A stretch of 62,942 bases of DNA, counting the filler, from Nemertoderma westbladi (taxonomy: Eukaryota > Animalia > Xenacoelomorpha), in NCBI GenBank assembly GCA_032718475.1. It is 3 parts of 3 records of this genome, joined end to end, with 100 filler letters (N's around TTAATTAATTAA, not from the genome) between each part and the next. Parts side by side here need not be neighbours in the genome. Positions count along the whole stretch, not along the records: positions 20,453 to 45,093 come from JAUCBJ010003415.1; 2 more parts are not named here. One strand, written 5' to 3'. This document shows, in pieces, positions 25,020 to 36,300 of this stretch. The first letter of the stretch is position 1. Every line of letters starts with the position of its first letter. The position numbers and the translations under genes were made by a program. The notes under the pieces are model-generated. The model worked only from the letters and a program-made list of their open reading frames with translations, had not been told where the DNA came from and ran no database searches.

Positions 25020-25300
25020 CAAAATCGCCTCCGCTTTGCCGGACATTGCTTTCGCCGTGAGGACCAGCCAGTGCATAATCTTGTACTTTGGCAGCCTCAT
25101 GGAGTGAATAAGCATGGTGGACAGCCCATGACTTTCTTGCGACGTATCTTAAAGGATACTGGCCTTGAAGATGCGGATGATCTAGCAAATGTCATGGGTG
25201 ATAGGGAGTTGTGGCGGCGCAATTTTGTCGACAAGCCGGCACAGCATTCTTAAAAATGCAGCTGCAATGCAGCATGCCGATACTACTACTACTACTACTA
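25020..25300 (+). mobile_element. RTE-clade LINE 3' end with (TAC)n tail
   Basis: RLRFAGHCFRREDQPVHNLVLWQPHG..GGQPMTFLRRILKDTG..MGDRELWR, then stop, short UTR and TACTACTAC tail. Confidence 0.85.
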
Positions 25301-25304
25301 TGTT

Positions 25305-25505
25305 ACTGGTGCCAGGCCACAGCGGTCAGTCTGTAACTGGTATCACTATCCAGGTGCCACCAGTCTGTCTGTAACAGGTGCCAGGCGCCGGCAATCTGTC
25401 TGTAACTGGTAGCCAGGCGCAAGCAGTTTGTCTGTTACAGGTGCCAGGCGCCGGCAGTCTGTCTGTAACGATAGGCAGGCGCCAGGCAGTCTGTCTCTAA
25501 CTGTT
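25305..25505 (+). repeat. Degenerate ~31-33-bp tandem repeat (GTCTGTCTGTAACAGGTGCCAGGCGCCGGCA), ~6 copies
   Basis: Recurring CAGTCTGTCTGTAAC and GCCAGGCGC blocks directly after the RTE tail. Confidence 0.7.
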
Positions 25506-25751
25506 AACCATAAGAATGTAATTTAAAGTGATAAATTAACATACAATGGTATCTACACAAAGGTAGTTACTAATAATTGTTCTATAAAGTACTTGCCGCC
25601 TTTGATTGCCTTTATGAGACTTTATTCATTGCATAAGTAATTGCCTTTGTCAAAAGTTTATAAATAGGAGGAGTTTTAGGCATTAAAACCATTCTCTATC
25701 AGAAATTTATCTTAACTTTACTTTACAAAGTTATTTACAAATACTGTAAAA

Positions 25752-28700
25752 ATGTTACCGGTAAGTCTTAAACTATTTTCTCTGCTGTCAGCTCTTTTCC
25801 TTTCGCCAGTAAATCCAACAGGTGTCTGCGGCGACGAAGAAGGGAATTTGTACCTCATCAAGTGTGGGTTGGATGTTTCCTTATGTGACGATGGAAACAA
25901 TGGAACTAAATCTGGCTGGATTTTAGAACAGGTTAGTTTATTTATTTCATAGAGTTTTCATTCAGCTTTTTTATCGTAATTATTCATGTAATAATTTGCT
26001 CACGTGAATAAAGAAACCCTTTATAAGGATGTTTGAATGAAGAAAAAGAATGTAAGAAATAATTATTCCATAACCTAAATAAACGGTTAGCATCCTACAG
26101 AGAGTGACAGCGCAGACATGACTAGTAGCCAATATCCAGTTCCTCACAAACTGTTTGTTAGTTATTCAGTTCCAGCATGTAAAATAATATGAAAATATTT
26201 TTTATGACCCCTTTTTTTTAATCATTTGACCCCTTTTTATTATTTTAATGACCACTTTTTTTAATGTACTGTACTACTGTTGTTCTGTTTTTAGTTGTAC
26301 CGGTATCGGTATTACATTATAGTAGGCCTATAGGCTGATAGGTAACGCCTCATTATAGGCGTGCGGAATTTGGTTGGTGTTGTGTAGTGCTGATGCTGAG
26401 TCATAGTTAATGATGCGGAAGCAGAGTAGTTTACGGTACTGTACTGTGCAGTGCAGCATTAACCAGCTGTCTTGATTTCTGTTGTAATTATGATTGACCA
26501 TGACTATTGTGATATATGTTATACCATACCTACAGCCTATGTCTACTCTACCATATCAACTGCCAATATTTTTTTGTTTAGAAAAAGTGACCGTTTATTA
26601 AATTTTGGTTAGGAAAACCCGCCTCTGTAAACTGCTCCTTTCCTACAAGATTGTAACATTACTCAACGCCGTTAGTATTAACAGCATGTTGTTGTTAGTC
26701 AGCACTTTACAACCTTAGAGGACATTACAGCATTGTATTGGCCTGTATAATTAGTATTGTAGTGGATGTTGCAGTGTTGTAATGTCCCATGTTTATTTAC
26801 AGTAGTAACCAATGACGGCGAGCTGTAATGTTACGGCGTCAATGGTTACCACGTACATACAGTAAATAATAGGTGGAAATTTGCCTGACAGCCAGATACT
26901 GCAGGCCGACTGCAATACTTACCGGTAGGCGGGGCGGGGTATAGCTATTAATAACCAGTAGGGCCTAGCTATATTATTATACTTATAACATGGCTCCAAA
27001 CGCCATCCCTAAATATAAGCTAACTTATTTATAACATAATTTATGTCACTTTTACATTTATTTATACAGCAACTAATATAATTGGTGCAGTTTCTATCAC
27101 TTATACTGTAAGTTATAATGTATATGTAAAATCATTTCGTAATGTTACACTTTTGGAATAAAACTACATACATACTTGGTGCTAAGTACTTTACAGTGTT
27201 CTAATCCTCGTGACTTTATTTTCACTCACTCACTAACGTTCGTTCGTGTAACAAAGCCTCTCGGATCATCACACTGTAAAGTGCTACTTTACACACAAGT
27301 ATGTAAATATTTATTATTTGATTTTATTCAATGTTCTATTCGCTTACTGTGTGAATCACAGTCTGGAAGAGCAAATAAAGGGGTCAAAAAAATAACTACC
27401 AAATTCTGGACAGTAATATTTGAGATGATAACACTCAATAGCTTAACCACTTAAAAACAATACCATATCAACGCTTAATAATTATTATTGATTTAGTAAA
27501 TAAATGTATTATTCTTTCAGCAATAGCTATATATAATTTATTTATTATTACAGGCAAATGATGGACAGTGTGGAGCTATTAATGTAAGTGTATTAGTTAT
27601 TTAAATTATTATTATTATTTTATATCCAGATCCACAGCATTGAATAGCACATTTTCAACATTAAACTCAGATTTACTCAGATTGGACTGGAAGGAAAAAG
27701 TTGAGAAGTAAATTAAAATCAATAATATTATTCTTCCCAGTAAATATGATCGGACCAAGGCTTATTTTCTTATCGTACCAAACATACTTATATAAAGTAG
27801 ACATTAGTACTTAAATCCTACCCCTCATAAAGGCGGCACAGTGCCATTTTCGAATTTGTAGCTTTTTCTCATCTATCGCCTTTCATTTGTAACATAATTA
27901 TTTGCTAAATTTAATTCCATGCGATTTCATAGATATTATCTTATTATATTATTTATATTAAATTAGTGGTTGTATATTTGAGCTTTCTAAATTAAGACGT
28001 AAACAAACAATTGATAAGTTGAGATAAGATAGATTTAAAACTTACTATAGCAAAATTACAATTAATGAAAATTCGATTAATATATATTGAATTAGTATTA
28101 AGTGTAAACAGAACATATAATAATTCTACCAAGGGGTAGAATAAATAAACGATTACACAGAAGAATTACAATGAGAATGGCGACCGGAGACTGACTGATT
28201 GGCTCGGTGGGGACAAGAATAGAGATTAAGAGACTAGGTGGTGGTAAAGAAGGATAGACGGAGTGGTGACGGAGTGAAGGAGGTTTCAGATAAGGAAGTC
28301 CTCGTCCAAGCTAGCTTGACTGGGGAGGGTGCCAAGAACTGCTACTGCATTCCCTCGGATGGTGGATATTGAAAGGCGTTGAAACAGGTATGCAGTGGAA
28401 TGGGGTTCCCCTGTCCGATTGCTGATCCTGCGCCCTATTTCGCGAAGTGTTTCAGTGCCTTCGACTCCTACCGGTCCCAGGGTTTCTGTCGCAATGCTAC
28501 GGAATATATAGTCGTGTTGCAGGGCTGCATACTTAGTGCCTTTGGTTGATTCGGCCATGGTTGCTGCTGTTCCAGCTTCCTGGGATGTGGCTGGTAGATA
28601 CGTTTGGGCCAACGTATCATTACAGGTGTAGTCCCACACTAGTGGGCGCCCTGAAGACCAGGGGCCCAAAGTCACTCCGTTGGTTTCTTGCCATCTATGG

Positions 28701-29435
28701 CTAGGCCGCGGGGCTCTAGTGTGGAGGAAACACCTGCTGATGAGAGGGCTCGGTGTATTATGTCATTGGCCTCAGCATGACGAGTGTATTTTCCATAATT
28801 ATGGAGACAGCTGAGGCCGTGGGTTCCGCTCCTGTCCACCAACACCCCACAGATATTGTAAGATAGAATGTAGATATTGTAAGTGGTGGGTGACAAGTTG
28901 AATTGAATTCGTAATTAAAAACCATTTACAATTCCATTGGCTGGCCCTCTTACCGGATCTCACACCCCCACACTCTACCATACAGTATAGGTTTTTCACT
29001 ACAGTACAATAGTGTCAACCGCAGTATATAAACTTTTTGTTACAATGGCAGTCGCTATTTCATCAGTACAAGTGTAACACTCACATACAGTATGTTCCCT
29101 TTTTGTAGTTTAAATAAGTAGTGTTGCTGATAGTTCATAAGTGAGTAGTTTTAGAATGATGATTTCAGTAGTTTATCAGTCTGTATATGTTAGCTGTGTT
29201 GAAGACGTTCTGTTCGTGGACTCCCCCCCCCCCGCACCCACTGATCAGTGTGTGCAAAGGATTTAAAGAATTTAAAAAACAATAATTTCAAATAAAAATA
29301 TTTCCTAACAAGCAGGTTACAGAGTTGGAAGAACAGAATGTAACAGAGTTGAAAGAAAATATGAATGGGTTGAGTGACCAAGTAAAAGATTTAAATACAA
29401 ACCTAACTAACCAAGTCGATGAGCTAAAGAACGAT
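25752..29435 (+). CDS. Putative spliced host gene, 5' part: signal-peptide-like N-terminus, Cys-containing segment, coiled coil
   Basis: Candidate exons 25752-25931, 27091-27107, 27554-27583, 27630-27699 and 29316-29435 have AG/GT boundaries and join in frame to MLPVSLKLFSLLSALFLSPV..WILEQ-FLSLIL-QMMDSVELLI-STALNSTF..WKEK-VTELEEQNVTELKENMNGLSDQVKDLNTNLTNQVDELKND. One donor (GTTGAG) is weak. The model was built by eye. Confidence 0.35.
27185..27285. mobile_element. ~100-bp MITE-like hairpin
   Basis: AGTACTTTACAGTGT ... ACACTGTAAAGTGCT, 15-bp inverted ends with 1 mismatch and further imperfect pairing inside. Confidence 0.45.
28140..28856 (-). mobile_element. 5'-truncated CRE-like non-LTR retrotransposon (CCHC plus restriction-like endonuclease domain) with 3' UTR
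   Basis: CGVLVDRSGTHGLSC..RHAEANDIIHRAL..EPRGL..DGKKP(D)GVTLGPWSSGRPLVWDYTC.DT..KYAAL..ETLGPVG..QRLSISTIRGNA across a frameshift at ~28675 gives the PD..D..K RLE signature. Confidence 0.85.
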
Positions 29436-29459
29436 GTTAGTTTATTTTTCTTCTTTTTA

Positions 29460-29832
29460 AGTTGAATATCTTCTATTACAACTCAATGAGTCATCTGGAA
29501 TTAATGATACGTTCCCAATTAAATTAACAAACCCCTCTCTATACACTTAAATTACCTCTTCAACCTGAGTATATCGAGATGATTTTTTCCAGACATCCTC
29601 AAGTGTGCGAAAGATTTCCCCATATAAAAAGGCGGAGATCCAGTGGATACGTCCAATTATCGTCCAATCAGTGTCCTTCCCCTATTTAGCAAAATAACTT
29701 TTAATCTTTCCCGTGCACGACGTACAGTATTTCATATAAATAAAAGCGAACATAGATCAGAAGTAGGGATATTTACAAAATAATTTAATAAGTTGAGCTC
29801 AATTCACTCACACAACACCCATGGTTTCTAAT
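29460..29832 (+). mobile_element. Internally deleted relic of the same CR1/L2-group LINE family as 20743-24037
   Basis: 29460-29696 aligns by eye to ~22505-22752 (TTACAACTCAATGA.TCATCTG.AATTAATGATACGTTCCCAATTAAATTAA). 29757-29831 aligns to ~23798-23871. Confidence 0.85.
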
Positions 29833-29973
29833 AAAGTATTCCTTAGATGCGCTATAAAAATAATAATAATCAATGGTTAATAGTGAAATATACATAACTA
29901 CTTACTGATTTCTAATTTTATTGTCATTATGTCACTAAACTAACTACCCGGGCTCCATTTCGTTTCCCTTTTT

Positions 29974-31166
29974 TGTAAAAGCTTTTGCGGAATTAGCTGG
30001 TTATTTTCCCCGCAAAGTACTCTGTACTTGGTTTAACGGACATAAAAAACCGTTTACTTACTGTACCGGTGTTTTGATGGACATAAAAAGCCATTACTGC
30101 TGTATGTGTACTTTAGAGGACATAACTAGCAATTTTATGTCGCAATACGCTAAAATCCTCTTGACACAGTGTAGTTACTATGACGACAGCTAACAGCTGA
30201 TCTGTACACATGTAGCTTTTCCTTTGTTTCTTTGTTCGGACAACCAATCAGAGCGATTCTCCTGTTATTTGTACAAAAACCTCCGGGAAATCGCGCAATG
30301 CATTATGGGTCAATGTTTACCTTTTTTCCTGATGCCAGAAGACCGGCTTTGGAACCTCTGTGTTTTCAGGCTTTAGCCAAACATTAGTAGGCTTGATCAT
30401 CGAAACGTATATCTGTTATCATACCACACATACCATACCAATTCAATTCATGCCATATCATATCAAACAATTGTCAACTACAAACACCGCATTTTTACTG
30501 CTATTTACTGTCGGTCATTAATTATATCAGTTGATGGAACATTATTTTATTTGGAATATCGATAAATAATTATAAAACCCAATCTTCTTGATATACTGAA
30601 GGTAAGAGAGATCGGTTACATATAACAATTGCGACTTACATTAAAGTGGTTTTGGAGTGAATCTAATGCTATTTCATAGGCACTACATGAGTCGGTTACT
30701 GTTCTCTTTAAATGTGACTAAAATTCGTGAAGGTTGGCAGATCAGTGTGCAGTATTGTGCGGTAGTGTGCATGATTGTGACTGATAACAAAGCATCTCCT
30801 AAAGAATGCGCTTTATATGTGAATCCATAGCCATCCCGTTGTGTCTAGTGTAAGTCATAACTCTGTTTACATATTTAGAGCGCCACGTCCTAACGGAACT
30901 GTTAATATTTCCCGAAAGTGAATAATATTGGTCAGAAATTATATCTTAACGATCAGTCGAATAATACAGTAGGCCTACGCCGCAATAAGGTCAAGCTCCC
31001 GAATCCAGTCTCCCGGGTATATCCAGCGGGTGAATGGTAGCGCATAGACTGGTTTCGGCTAATGTAGTGTATCAAATATTTGTCATAGGCTAAAGTTGAT
31101 TTATAATCTAGAAGACATCTAAATTTGGCAGGTTAAACTGCTAAAGGTCTGAAAGCGCGAACAATA
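29974..31166 (+). repeat. Left arm of a long diverged inverted repeat (partner 42240-43485)
   Basis: TTTGGCAGGTTAAACTGCTAAAGGTC..AAAGCGCGAACAA (31124-31164), GCGCCACGTCCTAACGGAACTGTTAATATTTCCCGAAAG (30880-30918), CCAATCAGAGCG and TGTAAAAGCTTTTG all occur in colinear reverse-complement form at 42240-43485. Confidence 0.9.
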
Positions 31167-31443
31167 ACAGATATAGCTTCTTTATTGCCCCTAGGCAATA
31201 AAAGGGCAAAAGTACCGGTCGACCGGTAACTAGTAGGCCTAACTACCTAACCACCCGAACCGGTACTTACTGCAGTACAGGTACTAGTATTATTTCGATT
31301 GTGATATTGTATACCGGTAGGCTGTTTAAGAGATTAGGGACTGTACACCCCTTGTTTCTTTTGGAGCTTACTTATTTCTGTCAGTTTTATTTACTTGTAG
31401 GTTAATATTGAGCAGAAGATCTGTAAGCCTGCCCAAATTATAC

Positions 31444-32023
31444 AGATAATTTGTAGGCTGGACTGTTGTCTGACTGTTGTTAAGTCTGAGGAGATTGTAG
31501 TGTGTGTGGAGCGTATGTCCGAAAAAGTACTAGTTAGGAATGTAGGGGCTTCCAGTGCTGTGAGGTAAATCCCCTCGAAAGAATAAGTCGTACTACTCGG
31601 TTAGAACGCATACTAACTAACCATTTCGGAGTCTGCATATACTGTAGTTTGCTTGGGCTTGATAGTAGTCTGCCAGAGTTTGGTCTGTATTTTGTTTGTG
31701 TAGTCTGTACGGGTAGCGGAATATTTCTTATTTAGATAATTTGTAGGCTGGATTGTTACCTAGCTGTTGTTAGGTCTGAAGAGATTGCGGTGTGTGTAGA
31801 GTGTATGTCCGATAAAGTACTAGTTAGGAACGTAGGGGCTTCCAGTGTTGTGAGGTCAATCCCCCTGAAAGAATAAGTCGTACTACTCGGTTAGAACGCA
31901 TACTAACTAACCATTTCGGAGTCTGCATATACCGTAGTTTGTTTAGGCTTGATAGTAGTCTGTCAGCATTTGGTCTGCATTTTGTTTGAGTAGTCTGTAC
32001 GCGTAGCGTAATATTTATTATTC
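31444..32023 (+). repeat. Two tandem copies of a 290-bp unit in the leader of the BEL/Pao element
   Basis: AGATAATTTGTAGGCTGGA starts at 31444 and 31734. Long identical blocks include GAAAGAATAAGTCGTACTACTCGGTTAGAACGCATACTAACTAACCATTTCGGAGTCTGCATATAC. Confidence 0.92.
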
Positions 32024-33389
32024 AGAGTTTATGCGATTATTCGCAACATTCATATCCCCAAGTTTATTCCTATAGTAATTGTGCTTGTTATATATACCGT
32101 TATAGTTAAATTAACCCCGGTACTACATCAGGGCTGCTTGGCGTAGGTAAAGACTGGTGATTTTGTGCCCCGGTCACTCCAGCAGATGCCGTGGTTCTTT
32201 TAGCTGTACAAGTATTTCTAACTGCTGATTATTTGTTGTATAAGTACTTGTACCTAATTTAGGGTTTAGGGTACAGTGCTTTCCGAAGGTAATTAGTGTG
32301 TAGGCAGTATATTTGTGTTGTAAAGTGGTTAATAGGCACGTTGGTTCTGGTAGTCCGCGGTAATTAACTTCTAGGTAGGAACACTCCGTGATACATAACG
32401 TAGTACTTATAGCGATACGGCTATAAGTCGTCAGACGGTGGTATTTTTCCTATCTGGACAACGCAGCATATTTACTACTGCTTTGTTATTTTCAAATACC
32501 ATAGTATCCTGTCTGTTTGTAATAACCAGATATTTTAACCCTTTGTTAGGCTGGTTTGTAGACTTCTTGTAAAATTACCCTAAAAATTCGTACGTGTAAT
32601 TTTTGTGTTTATTTAGAGATTGTAATCTCACCCCGAATTGTATGTAATTTGTAGTATTAAGTAACTTAGGTAAATTAGAATTATTTGTTTTAGTGTCCAA
32701 CAAGTAGCACTTCACTGAGAGCGTACAGCTTCTGTGCAGTGACTCCTTCCTAGAAATAATAACATTTATTTCAAATATTGACAAAACCCATTATACGGAT
32801 ATATATATATTATAAATCAACTCAAACGATTTATAAATAGTAGGCCTGTCTTACAACAATTAGGTCTTAATTTGGACTACTGCTTAAATAACGGTAATCA
32901 AGTAAAGTAAAGTAACCAAGTAACCCCTAAAATTCAGAAATTCAATTATTCTAAAAATAATTGACATACCCGTATTTACAATAGGCTTATTATATTTATT
33001 TCTATAAATTTAGGCCGAAATTATACCGGTATTCTGTAATTAATTCTAGTCCATAATTATACTTATATAATATATAAGACAGCTTACATTTATAGTATAT
33101 ATAATATATATACTATAAATGTAAGCTGTATACTGGTATTCATGATAGGCCTATTATATATTTATATTTGTGCTAAAATTATATACCGGTATTCTGTGAC
33201 AAACCTAGTCTGTAATAATACTTATATATATACTATAAGTGTATACTGGTATTCTAATATATTGTATATATATCACGTTACATAGAGTAACGATATCGGT
33301 AATTAATTACTAGGCTAACAGTGATACTGAATTACTAGATTTGCTTTAACTGTAACATAGCAGTAGGCATTCAACTGTACAAACAAACA

Positions 33390-36300
33390 TGTCTGACACA
33401 AAGCAAAACCTGTCAGACAGTCTCCTAGATACGACCATTGTGACCCAGACAGGAGTGTGGAACATGTGAGACCGAAGTTCAACTCACCTCCTACTGTAAG
33501 AAAGATCATCCCTCCAGTAGTAATATCAGACCCTAGGCTAGTCCAACATCGTAGGTCTATCATAGGCACTCGAGCTCAGGTCAAGCGGGACCAAGAAGCA
33601 GCGGAACAGCAGCAACACTCGAGCCGAGAACTTATTTCTCAGCGGACCAACAGCTCCAGTGTTGCGGATACTGTAGAGCTGACACCCGAGTGCGGAGCTA
33701 AGATGGCAGATGCGGTTTATTCGGATCCCCTTCTCATCCTTCCTGCAGCCGTACTCGCTAGGGTATTGATTGCGGTGGAGGAACACCAGATTGATTGGGC
33801 GAGAAGTAAGCGATCGACCAAGGATAGTTATGCGGGATACACAAGGGAAGAACTGAAGTCTATTGTCAAGTCGCAATGGAACTTCCCCGGACCCGGACTC
33901 CCGTTTGACTTATCGGAAGCTGCCTGGGAAGACATACACAGGATGGGAGTGACAAAAGAAACCAGAGATCCAGCTGTGTGGAAGAGGTCAGCAGCAGGAT
34001 ACGTACAGGGATTCTTCAGCTCTATGTAGCGATTAAAGGAACAACTGTTTCGACAACCCCAAGGACCTCAAGAGCAGGGAGAGCTGCTTTATCACGTTAG
34101 AGAAAGAATTCTACGAATCAGGCTAATCTTATCGGCCTTTGAGGAGGCTTCTAAAAGAAGACAAGACACGTCGTTGCAAGTTGCCGTAAAGACTTGGTTT
34201 CAGCCTCCAAGTTCAAGGAACTGCCCAGTGGAAATCTCAGCTGGCTGAGCACTCAACCCATGGAGAATCAACAGATGCTACATTTTCCCAAGTGGAAAGT
34301 GAAGCGACGGCAGAGAAACCGCATAAGAGGGATGCTATTGACATCTATCTGTCAGACTATCAACGTTTTGTAGGAGATGAAGAGTTGAGGAGAAGGCTAG
34401 ATGGACTTAGCCCTAATAGTGAAGGAGCCAAGCTTGTGTTGGATGCAATAGATGCGGATATGATAGCTGCGAACCAAGCTAAATTTGATGAACGCCACCG
34501 CATCGTTAGAGTCCAAGAAGAACAAGTAAAGAAAAAACGTGTAGAAGACAGAAAGACAGCGGCAGTGGCAGCAGCAGCGGCAGAGGCAGAAGCGGAAAGA
34601 AAAGCTGCCGAAGTGGAAAGAAAAGCGGCAGTGGCAGAGGCAGAAGCGGAAAGAAAAGCTGCCGAAGTGGAAAGAAAAGCGGCAGTGGCAGCGGCAGAAG
34701 CAGAATGGAGACCGTCTGAAGAGATCGTCCAACTAGAATTGGAAAATATTCAAGAGAATCAAGACTGCATAAATAAACAGTTAACAGCTAGTCATATGCA
34801 GATGATGAATCGATCTACTCCCAAACGACAGGGATTTACATCCTCTGATGAAGGCGATACCACCGATCCTGAAGGCGGAGGAAATAGATCTCGTCTAAGT
34901 AGGCGTAGAAGAATGTCCCACCGTCATAAATTGCCTGATTTGCCCCCAGCTGTTAGAAAACAACTAACTAACCCAGACTTAGGTAGTACAGAACCCACAG
35001 ACCAAATAATTAAAATAGAAAGACTCCCTACTATAGTAGATGAGCCTGAAATAATTAGGCCTGTTCTCGACGCCATCCCTTCCGTGATAGAGACACCTGT
35101 ACTCCCAGAACTTACCTCTAAATTCCCTCTGCACAGCACTAAGCTACCTGTGCCCCACAGAACCACCCCTGAAAATGTTCATGTCCTGGACTCCGAGCGG
35201 AATATTAATGATTTGTCGCCCGTTGTCCCTCGTCCGCCCGCTACAACGTTGGCGGCTCCTGCTTCGGCGGTCGAGTGGGTGGATGAGAGACGGCGGGGGA
35301 TGGATCTCCTGCTCGGGCAGATGCAGGAGACTGTTCAGCAGTTCAAGGGCACAGTAAGGGAAAGTAGGTTAGAGTTGCAAGAAGTGCAGCAAAGTATCGC
35401 GTTAGAACGCGATAAATTAGTAAATAACCAAAGAGGTATACCACCACCACCACCCCCGGTAACAATGTGTCAACCTGCTAGGTCTGAAGTATCTCATGCG
35501 CAAGGTGTGGAGCCTACACGCATCTATACTGCTAGTGAAGTGGAAACTCCTATAGTAAACCCTATTAAGGGTAATTATAAACCTGTTGACAATGATATTC
35601 CATATAGACCTGATCATAATCCGAGAAATTTATATACAGATAACTCAATATTAAATAACACGATGGCCCAAGAAAGTTTTACGCGTCAAATGGCTAGAAC
35701 CGAAGCCCGTCAAAGTAAAGGTGGGAGAGATCGTCAAGTTCAATGGAGATGAGATGAAATGGTTACCTTTTAATGAATATTACAAAGATAACATACAGAA
35801 CTCTGTGCTATCTAATGGAGAGAAATTTAGATTCCTTATCGAGTGCTTGGAAGGATCTCCCAAGTTAATGGCGTTAAAGTTTATTGGACATCCAGATGGA
35901 TTAAGACAAGTTTGGGATACACTAAACATCAGGTATGGTAATAGGAATAACATAGCTAAATATTTATATGCAAAATTAGTAGCACCCCGAAAGTTCATTA
36001 GCAGCGGGATTATAGAGTTTTCCGACGAGATTCAAGAGATTTGTAGATAATTAGATTGGCTAGGTAAGTCTCATGAATATCAGAGTTCTATGGTTATTGG
36101 AGACGTGGCCTCTACTTTACCGAAGGGTGGAGTAGGTACACGCTGGGATTATAAAGTGTTATATATGATGGAACAACAACGACGAGACCCGACCATGGCT
36201 GATCTCATGTCATTCTTAGATGGAGAAGTGAAATTACAGCTCCTAAAGCAGTCCAGAGAGAAGACACCGGAAAACAAGGTAAGTGAGAAACCCGTTTCTA

